Shown here: piece by piece, positions 41,440 to 51,300 of the stretch
Numbering within the stretch: the first letter of the stretch is position 1
Layout of the letters: each line of letters starts with the position of its first letter
Origin: Daphnia carinata
Lineage: Eukaryota
Reading direction: 5' to 3'
Length of the DNA: 64,000 nucleotides
Assembly (NCBI RefSeq): GCF_022539665.2
Contig: NC_081331.1
Location: 3,038,001 to 3,102,000, forward strand
Translations under genes and position numbers: made by a program
Notes under the pieces: generated by a model
Database searches by the model: none
Seen by the model: only the letters and a program-made list of their open reading frames with translations
Told to the model about the DNA's origin: nothing

Positions 41440-42911
41440 TCGATTAGCCAAATAATGATTTTCTCTAATTCGGCGTTTAATTTTATTTATAACAGGTTAG
41501 TTTTACCCGAATTGCAAATCAATTTTTAAGTGAGACTTTTTAATTCAAAAAGTCGGGCTTAAATGTCGACTTGATTTTTGATTTTTATCGGATTCTGAGA
41601 GTTTTCTTTTTTTTCGGATTTTGACAAAAGTGGGAAGGCTATTGCCTTCCCACTTTTTCATTTTTGCCAAAACATAAATTTGATTTAAAATACATGATTC
41701 CGATTCAAAATTGAACGAGAATCACTAAATTGAAGTTGGTTTTTACGTTGGGTTTATAGCTTTAAAAAAAAAACGAAAAAAACAGGAAAGAAATTAAGCC
41801 CGGAAAAAAAAAAATAAGCCCGACTTTTTCATTTTTTTCAAAACATCTAGATATAGCTATAAAAATGCATGACTTTGTTTCAAAATTAAACCAAAATTAA
41901 AAATATATCGTTATTTTTTTTCATTGGGCCAACCGTTTTTTAAATGCATTGAACATTTGTGCTGCATCGCGCTAGCGCTGGTGCGTACTGGCGCGCTAGT
42001 GCTGGTCGTACTGCCGCCCTAGCAATGCTTTTAATATTCGGTGTATTTAAAAAGCGATTGATTTGACGCAAAAAAAAACCACTTTATGAAGTCAAGGTTT
42101 AATTTTGATTGTTCTTTGTGATTTTTATTGGATTCTAAGAGTTCTTATTTTTTGCCGATTTTGACAAAAATGGGAAGGCTATAGCCTTCTCACTTTTTCA
42201 TTTTTGGCCAAAATTTAGATTTTGTTCAAAATACATGATTTTGATTCAAAATTGAACGAAAATCACAAAATTGAAGTTTATTTTTACGTGTAACTTATAG
42301 TTTTTTCATAAATTGGAAAAAAATGATGATAAATGCTGGCGCGCCAGCAGCGCGTTAATTACATTTAGTATACAAACGGCTGGTTTGACGAGAAAACAAA
42401 TATTTTTTCTGAAATAAACATTTTTGAAGGTTAAGTTAAATCAAATTTAACGTCAAACTTACAAGAATGAATTTCTGTCACAGTCAAAATTAAGCCCGAC
42501 AAAATAAGTCCGACTTTTTCCACGATCTAGCGCTGTGGCGTACTGGCGCGCTACTGCAAACCAGTGATGCACTTTTTCATTTTTTCGTCAAATTTTAAAT
42601 TTCATTTAAATATATTATATCGTTGTAAAATTAATCAAGAATCATATATATGCAGCTGATTTTGAGTGTTGGGCTTATGGTTTTTGAAATAAACGTAGAA
42701 AACAATTATAAATACTGCCCCCTCACCAGCCCATTGGTTTTGTTTATTTCATCAGCAGCTCATTTGACAAGAAAAGAAATTTTTTTTTTCCCGAATTTTG
42801 TGTTTATTTGGTTATAAAAGATTCGTTTTACTCTAATTCCAAGTCAATTTTTAAGTTTGAATTTTTATACGAAAAGGTCGGGCTTAAAAATCGGGCTTGA
42901 TTTTTGCTGTG
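41440..42911. mobile_element. Modular AT-rich direct/inverted repeat element; probable non-autonomous DNA transposon or foldback-like relic
   Basis: A ~190-bp direct repeat (about 41575-41765 vs 42115-42305) with a GGGAAGGCTAT.GCCTTC hairpin in each copy. Four copies of an arm starting ACTTTTTCATTTTT (about 41651, 41823, 42191, 42570). AAGCCCGA modules in both orientations and GC-rich TACTGGCGCGCTAG spacers. Right end TTTTTGCTGTG. No ORF. Confidence 0.6.
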
Positions 42912-43558
42912 GGGCATTGAAATATGACATCATTGATCTGAAAACATCTCGGGAATCGCCGTCAAGTTGAGATAAAACAAATGACAAACCTATTTTAATA
43001 CAAATATAAATGTTTTGAATGTCTGATTATTTCAATCTCCGCTCCAACAGTTTTCGGGAATTATCTCTCGTCGACCATCAGCGATATTGGATAATGGCCG
43101 AATAAGACCACTAAAAAAAAATGGTCTTAAAAATAGCAGGCCAAATAATGGCCTGCTAATAAATTAAAAGACAAACTCAATATTCCGGATACAAAGATAT
43201 AGTGTATTTTTATTTGTACTGCATGATGTATATAGGCTTCAACGACTGCAAATTGTATAAAGTCATCTCCCTTTTTGTTCTTTTTGTTTGTTTTAATAAG
43301 AGGTTGATTTTTGGGTTATACACGTACAGATTGCGATTTGCAGACAGGGCCTCTACGATATCTAAGCAAAAAATAATGTTTTTTTTTCAAAATTTTAAAC
43401 AGGTTGCGGAGAAAGTGAAAAAAAAAGACATACAACATGAAACAAAGTTGGAGCATACTGTTTTTTCTGTATCCGGATAGGTTTCTCGGAAGATGAAAAA
43501 TTAATGTAAGGAGGATACAAATCGAGGACAACACAAGGAAAGAAATACACACAGACCA

Positions 43559-43564
43559 TTTATT
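43559..43564 (-). terminator. Candidate polyadenylation signal of the TGFBR3-like gene
   Basis: Minus-strand AATAAA followed by a GU/U-rich tract (TGTGTGTATTTCTTTCCTTGTGTTGTCC). Other AATAAA hexamers lie closer to the stop, so the assignment is uncertain. Confidence 0.25.
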
Positions 43565-45722
43565 AGAGGGACAAAAAAACACTGCACAACACGGGGGGTA
43601 ATGCTTTAGTGATGGGATGCGCGCGCGCTCGATGGAAGGATAGAGGTCTGATCAATTCTTATGGCAGAGGTGGTGCTCTTTGATTTTTTGAAATTTATTT
43701 TTCGAATTGAATATGGAAATGAGTGGAGGTATATATAGCTCTAGGAAAAAAAAGCGGATTCAAACTATTTGTGGGAAATTTTTTTTGACGGAACTGAATC
43801 GAGAGACAGATGGGAGTTAATACGTTGATTCAAATTGCGGTTATTTGAATCGAGAAAACAAAAAGCACGAGACGATAATACGCCGAGAAAAAAAATACTC
43901 GTTCAACAAATGCCATTCGCGTTGACGATTTACAACATTACATGTCTTGATTGCTGTTACTATATTGTAAAAAAAAAGAACCCGTATGTGATGCGTTGCA
44001 ATCAATTAGTAGCAAAATAGGATGAGGGTAGGTAGATGTTTCTGTAAGGTGTATGACAACCTGCATTACATTAACAATTAGATGTAAAAAGAGGAAAACC
44101 TATTGCAGGTTCTCTTTCGTTTTTGTTTTCTTATTCAAAATAATGGGAACGATAAATGCACAAATTGCGCTCGGGAGATAGTGGCAGGTTCAAGAATAAA
44201 TAATTCGAAAACAGATTTCATTTTTCCATAGACGAGGTTATTGTAGTATAATCAACGTTTTCTTAAAAAAAAAAAAAAAAAAATCATCTAAACTAATCGA
44301 ATCTATTTCTATTCCGAATATAGGACGATACTTCTTTTTTACGAGGTAATAATAATTTCTTTTTTACGCAGACGAAAAAAAAAAACCCAAACTGAAACGG
44401 AGAGAAAACACAAAATCTTATTGTACTACGCGTTCTTATTAATTTATGCCCAACGAGGAGGGAAATATATAGACCGAAAAAAATATATATATATGTTCGA
44501 GGTACTTAAGCATATGGGTTAGGTTTATTTTTTTTTTGTTTTGTTTTGTTTTTCCTGCTTATTTAAATGAAGAGAGAAAAAAACATGGATTCGGATGAAT
44601 GAATATGGAAGAAGAAGAAAATAGAACTACTTTTGCCCACCACTGGAAGCTTCGAGGGAAAAAGGGAGACTCCCTACGATGAGAGAAACAGCTTGTTCTT
44701 CTAATCATAAAAAAAAAAGACACTAAACTTTAATTCTTATTTCTTCTCTGTGGAAAAAAAAACAAAACAAAAACTTTTGGCTAACAAAAAAAAAGAGGAA
44801 AAGATGAAATTGAATGTTTCTTTTTTTTTTTTTATAAATAGGATCAATGCGACGATATTGAGGTAGACATAGTTTCATTCCCATATTTTTTTTTCGATCA
44901 ACCCACAAGAATGGAAAAGCGAAAACTCCTGGGGCAGGCTAATGGCCCTGTCCGCTGCATCCACTTGGGGAGATATTTGAAAGAGGTAGAAAGAAAAAAC
45001 AAGAGGAAAGATCAGAAAAAAATTCTAATATTTGAAAAAGAAGGCGAGTGAAAAATTGGAGGGATGCTCGGCAAGGAAAGATAACGAAAAAAAAAAAAAA
45101 AGTAAACGGGATTGAAAAGTCTAGAAAACTTCTCGATATACGTCGTTGTGTCTGCCATAGCAAAGAAGAACGTCTCTAGGGTCATCATCATTGACGTCGA
45201 AAGTCAGCGTCACTGAAGAGACATTTGATGTTCTTCTACCAACTTTTTTCCTCGTTTATTTCCTTCGGGACTCACGTTAAATGAATGATTTTGAATTAAA
45301 GAAAAAAAGAAATATTATGTTCTCCAATTTGAAAAGTATCGCAAGAACGAACTAAAGAATTAAATAAATTCCTCGTAAAGATAGAGACGTAGAAGACGAA
45401 GCTCACTCGATAACGAAAAAACGCAAACGGTTTACGGAAAAAAACCGAGAGAAGATGATAGATTCTTCTTCTTTCGTGACACGACAGAGTCCAATCTATT
45501 GATGGACGTGTCGATGCAACTTCAGAATCAAGAGGCAAGCGGAGCTGAGGGAGATTGAGAGAAAAACAAATGCAGTTTTATTATTATTTTTTTCTTATTT
45601 AAAAAAGGTACTTTCTAGAAGTAGCAGGATGTGTATATATATATATATTTTTTTTTCCCCCGTGTATAAAATAGGCCCGAGACAGTTTCTAATTGAGCCG
45701 GACAGAGGCCTGGACGGCAGTA

Positions 45723-45755
<33 letters not shown>

Positions 45756-46260
45756 CCTTTCAAGAAAAAAAAAAGGCTGCCATTTTTTTTTTTTTTTTTT
45801 AATTTGCCAAAATATAAATAGATATATATATATAAATATGCATCCTTGGGTTGTACTTTTTGTTGGATGTCAAAAATTGATTCGTAGCGCAATGTTTGAT
45901 TTTTTTTTTTTACGGTTCGTCGAAACGGGGCAAATTTCACCAACGGGAAGATAAGGAGACAACAAACGTCAGGATATTTACGTGTCCAGGTGGAAAAAAT
46001 GGTTGGACAAAGAACACGGGGGAAAGAGGGGGAAAAAAAAATGCTGCGAGGACGAGGAAAAGAAACTGCGGTCGAGATCGTCATCTGTTAAATGAAGAGA
46101 CTCTCAAAAAGATTTCGTTTGTTTTCTTTTCCTTTTTTTTTTTTTTTTTTTTTTTTTTTGCTCTCGATCGAAAGAAGCTACTGATTGGAGAGGGCGATAG
46201 CGAAATGTAATTTACAGCCTGGTCGGAATTAAAGAAAAAAATAAACTAGTCTCTTTCTTT

Positions 46261-46284
46261 CTCTCTCTCTCTCTCTCTCTCTCT
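46261..46284. repeat. (CT)12 microsatellite
   Basis: Read directly from the sequence. Confidence 0.9.
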
Positions 46285-48014
46285 GATTTAGTTATTCAGC
46301 GAGGGGATTTCTATCATACGAGAATCCGGAGACACACACACACACACCAATATGAGTTCTCCTACCCTGTTTACGCGAGCAAATGTTGGCATCGTCAGCA
46401 AACTCATCGAACAATCGAATAAAAAAAAAATAATAATAATTTTCTCATTCACACCCGAGCGTCTCGAATCGTAATTCGTTTCACATGCACAAACGACGAA
46501 TAAACAAAAAAAAGAAAGAAGCTGCAAATGTAAAAATCAAACAAACGAACAGAATGTGAAACGAATAAGGAAATCGACATTTCCTTATTCCAAAGTGAAT
46601 TTGCTGTTTACTATTGAAATATTTTCTGTTGTTTGTTTGTTTTTTGTTTTTTTGTACTGATTCAAAACCCGTCTCAATGAAAAATGGCATCCACGCAAAA
46701 GAACAGGTAAACGGTCGACAATTATCCCTTTACAAGCCACAAGAAAAATGCGCGCTATTTTCTCTTTGAAAGAGGAAAGCACAAAAAAAAAAAAAAAAAA
46801 AAAATCATTCAATGACGGATCAAAAAAAAAAAAAATGTTTGCGGTACCGGAAGGCTAGTAGAAGCGAAACCAGTGATTGACGGGCAAAGAAAAAAAAGGA
46901 ACTTGGTGGGCAAAATGTGAAATGAGTAGGTAAATCTGATTTGAAATTTAAGAAAAAAGACGGGGTTAAATCTAGATTTGATCGATGTGCCACTTAACGA
47001 GAAGAGATCAACAATAACGAGACAAAAAAAAACTAATCAAAGATCATCGTTTCTCTTCTGCTATAAGCAACTCATTTCGGAGACACCTTCGACAGCGCGT
47101 TTGTTATATACTGAGCGATTGAATAATAATTAATAAATGTTGAGAAAAGATTATTCAGCAATGAACTGAACAGCCAGAAAAAAGGGGGGGGGGGGGCATT
47201 TAGAGCTTGAACCCGAACCACTTTGTAAACTGTGTACGGGATCACGTTCTTCCTGAGACGAGTGTTCCAGCGCGAGGCTTATTTTTTTTATAATTATTAT
47301 TATTATTTGTTTTTTTGTTTTTTTTAGGCCGAAACGGTCGAGTAATAAAGAAAAAAAAAATCCCGACCGGAATGATGGAAGGTCACGAGTCTTGATGCGC
47401 GGGACCATAGTGGGACAGAGAGGTAGTTACGAGCTGTGATAACAAAAACTACAACTACTGAATGACAAAAAAAACGCAAATCAACGCCCTATTGGAAAAA
47501 GGTAATACAGCAATAAGGAAACTATTAAATAATAAACGGTTTTGAGGTGGTGAGCGAGGAGTTCTTCAGAGAGTATAGGTAAAGAGAGAGAGAGAAAGGG
47601 AGATTAAGGTGTGTGGGTGTGTGTGAAATTCTGTTTTGTTTTTGTACACCAGTCGACGATGGAGTGCAATCGGAGGTAGAATGGATCGGACGCGCGCACG
47701 CAAAATACGACATGAAAAAAAAAAATAATAATTTTTGAATATATAATTAATGATTATTTGTTTGAAAAGTGAGGGAGCGAGGGATCGTCCGCGGAGGTAT
47801 GTAAAGATAAGAGAAAAAAAAAAGGATACGGCGTCATAAAGGATGGAGGAAAAAGCCCTGAGAACGGTGCGTGTGTTGTATGTGGCAGAGAGTAATCCAC
47901 TAAGCGGAATAAAAATTAAAAATCCCTGCTACGGATTTATCTCAGGATAAGAGGGAGACTATTGTTTGCATAGCGACATCGACGCCAAGCCTTACGGTTG
48001 CCTCCCACACCAAG

Positions 48015-48370
48015 TCAACGAGCAGACGCCACGTTCATCGGCGTTTGCGAGTTGGGCGTAGGCGACGAGTCTTCGCGGCTACACTGGCTCCCGCTGCTGT
48101 TGGACTGCGACGACGAAACGTCATAGTCGTACGTGAACTGATGCTGCAATTGCTGCGGCTGCTTGTCCATCGAGTCACTGGCCGGTTGGGCTGCAATCAG
48201 CTGTTGCTGTTGTTGCTGGGTTCCTATCGCAACCTGTTGCAACGACGTACGATGATGGTCCACGCCAGAGCGAGGCCGAATCATGGGTGAACACTTGGCT
48301 CCGATCGCCTGGCAACGATTGTTACTTCGACTCGACCGAGTCTTCCGGTTCATAACTCGCCGATACGGAT
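48015..48370 (-). CDS. TGFBR3: TGFBR3-like exon 14, cytoplasmic tail
   Basis: DPYRRVMNRKTRSSRS...QQQQQQ...SSSQSNSSGSQCSREDSSPTPNSQTPMNVASAR then TGA; ACAACAG acceptor, phase 1. Confidence 0.82.
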
Positions 48371-51300
48371 CTGTTGTACAATAAAAAGCAATCGTTTTTT
48401 TTTCTTCTTCAAGCTTGGCTACACAAATAATAATAAGAAAATCGAGGGGTAAGGGAAGGGGGGAGGAGAAAACTATATTTATCAAACTATGAATTGAGAT
48501 TTGTGTGTACCTGTTCTCATGTGGATGCACCACAGAATGGCCGTCAATCCGACTCCGATGACAAACGAGGCCAGAGCGATGCCTACTGTTACTTCTGTTG
48601 AAACGCCCACGAGAATCACTTGCTGCGTGCCAGTCACTCCGTTGTTCTGGCCAGCCGTGACGAGCGAACCGGGCGATGTTGTGACGTCTCCAGACGCACC
48701 GATTTCTAATTTTTTTTTGTTTCGTTTTATTATTCGAAAATCAGGTAGCACGGGAAAAAGATAAGCTTCTTATATTTCTTTTCAACATTAGTGTACGTAC
48801 TGTTCTGCTGCGCAAAGGTGGCTTTGGCGACCATACGAAGAGGTCCGCGGACCAGGATTTGCTGCGCTGTTGATACTGATTCGTCTAGAAAAGGTTTTAA
48901 TACATGGCGTCCGCTACAATATTGGGACGGATCGATACACTGGACATGCAGCCAAACGAATTCAGTTAGTAAATCATCGTATTAAAAAAAAAAAAAAAAA
49001 AAAAGAGGACCATGTATACCATTTTCAAGCTGCCCTGCACTTTGCTGGGTTGGTTCGAGCAAAGGCCCAGTTTGCAGTGAATGTAAAGCTGTCCTAAATC
49101 GGCATAATCCTTGGAAACCTGTTTATTTAAATTTTATCAAATGCAAAGCTTGAAAAGATTCGTACAACAGAAACAAACAATGCATGAAAAAAGGATGGCA
49201 AAACTTACGTGGAAACTGAAACCTCCGTCCGTGTCACCTCGTTCAATTTGACGCACTTGGACAGACAGATCGGCTGGGCAAGTGTTACGAATGAGAATCA
49301 AGCGAGGTGGCTGTTCGCTGTCGGAACTGTTGGACACCCAGCATTTCTCCGTCACGATCTGGATGTAAGAGACTGAAACCGCCAATCAAAGACGTGATCA
49401 GGTTAAAACATAACCTTGAAAAAAAAAAAAAAAAAGGTAGCTTTTTTGATGCACATACCTCCGTCAATCCACGTACGGACGTGCAAAGTTTCATCAAAGA
49501 CCACCTCAGCTTTGCTGGCCTCATTCATAGGTCCAGTGACAACCGGAACAGTCCACTCTTTGTTGCGATGGATCTCCATATGATAAAGGTCCGTCTGTCC
49601 CACTGGCAAATCCACGTCGGTATCCTTTTAAACGTAATAAAATATTTAGAAGATCATCAACAAATGATTGCAGAAAATCCAAAATTTTCAAGATCAATAC
49701 CATGACGTTGTCGTCATCCAACTTGTCACCAAATCCAACAGGGAAATTGGGCTCTGAATGACATTGGATTGGAATGGTCACCTGACGGGCAGCAGACGAC
49801 GGATATCCATCCACTCCAGAGCCTTCAAAATCTTCGTCATCGTTCTGTTGTGGGTGGACAGCTCGCAATTGGATATGAACCTGTTGAACAAAAAAAAATA
49901 ATAATAATAATACTAATAAATCCATGGACGGAATGGGTGTAACGTGTTGTAAAGTTCAGAGTTTTTACCGCGTTGGAGTAGGTGGTCAATTTGCCATCGA
50001 TGCGCGACGTGCTGCCACAGGACGTGACATGAGTTTTGACCATCCAGTGGCTGGCGTTGCGTTTCCCCGAACAGCCGCGATCGTTGAGGAAGAGTCCGAC
50101 GACGCCCAACGCTTCGGCCATGGGCCTCGGCAAAGATGCCGTCAGATAGTTCGATCCGCATTGCACCCGTACAGACTGCTGCAGTGTCCAGGCCACACTC
50201 CGCTGCGTCCCAGTACCTACTTGAATATAACAAAATGGGCTCAGTATGTATGTAAAACACGATTTATGCGGTACATTAGTATAATTGGAAAAAAACAAAA
50301 ACACTGGGCACATTAGAGCTACCAACCTCCGCCCTTCAATGATAAAAATAAAGGACGGTCATGATAACGTCGTCAAAAGAATAATGGACATTTCAATATC
50401 GTACAGCCACACCAAACGTAAAGAAAAATGGGCTGAATCATTGCTCTTTCACGTTTAATTATTATTTCATCCTGCATTTTTATACCTCGGTTGGGCGTGT
50501 TCTGTTGGCTGTAGCCTGCACCGCCACTGCGACCCAAACTGCGGAGGGCCATCTCCGTAGATGGCGAACTGTGGCTGGCTGCTCCGTTTAGGTTCTCGAC
50601 TTGTTGTTTGACCACATCTTTCAATGAGTTCAACAAAAGAAGACAACAGGGTGGGGTTCCATGAAAAATGAAGACACAAAACAAAAACAAAAACAAAAAT
50701 TCATGTTAATTACAAGAAAATTCATTAAATTTTTTTTTTGTTTTGAGTCACTCGAAATATTTTTTTCTTTCTTTCTTTCTTCTTAACTGCGCATTCAATC
50801 TTTCCTTTCACATCCCACAGAGGAGTGACGAGAGAGAAATAGAAAAAAAAAAAAGCTCTGACTTGTCAGGCGTCATGATGGACGAGAAGCAGCTGTTTTC
50901 CAGCGAATTGAGCAGATAGGAAAAATGTGAAGAAGGGAGGCTTGATGGGGGAGAGGCAAGAAGAAGGAAGAAGAGAGGACGGATGAGAGGGAAACGACAA
51001 CTACAAATGGATGACATTCTCTTACTCGACGATGGAAGGCGGAGTTGCTGCTGCTGCTTTTTGCCGATGACGATCTCGACGCTATTGGTTGCTGGTGCCG
51101 GTTTGACGTAGGAGACGGGCGGACCGAGATCGGCCGTCACCGACAATATCAAAAGTGGGAAAGATTCCGGCAGATTCTGCTGGCTGCGTACGTCCGATTG
51201 TTGCCGAGCGGAAAGACCGCTAATGTCCACCTGGTGCTCTGCCAGGATCAGGAGCGAGCCGGTCAAGACGGGTGCAGACGAGACGATCCAACGGACAGGT

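Noticed and set aside
41440..42911. CRISPR-like or integron-like interpretation of the repeat array
   Set aside because: Eukaryotic context, repeats are long, diverged and in mixed orientation, there are no unique constant-length spacers, and no cas or integrase gene is present.
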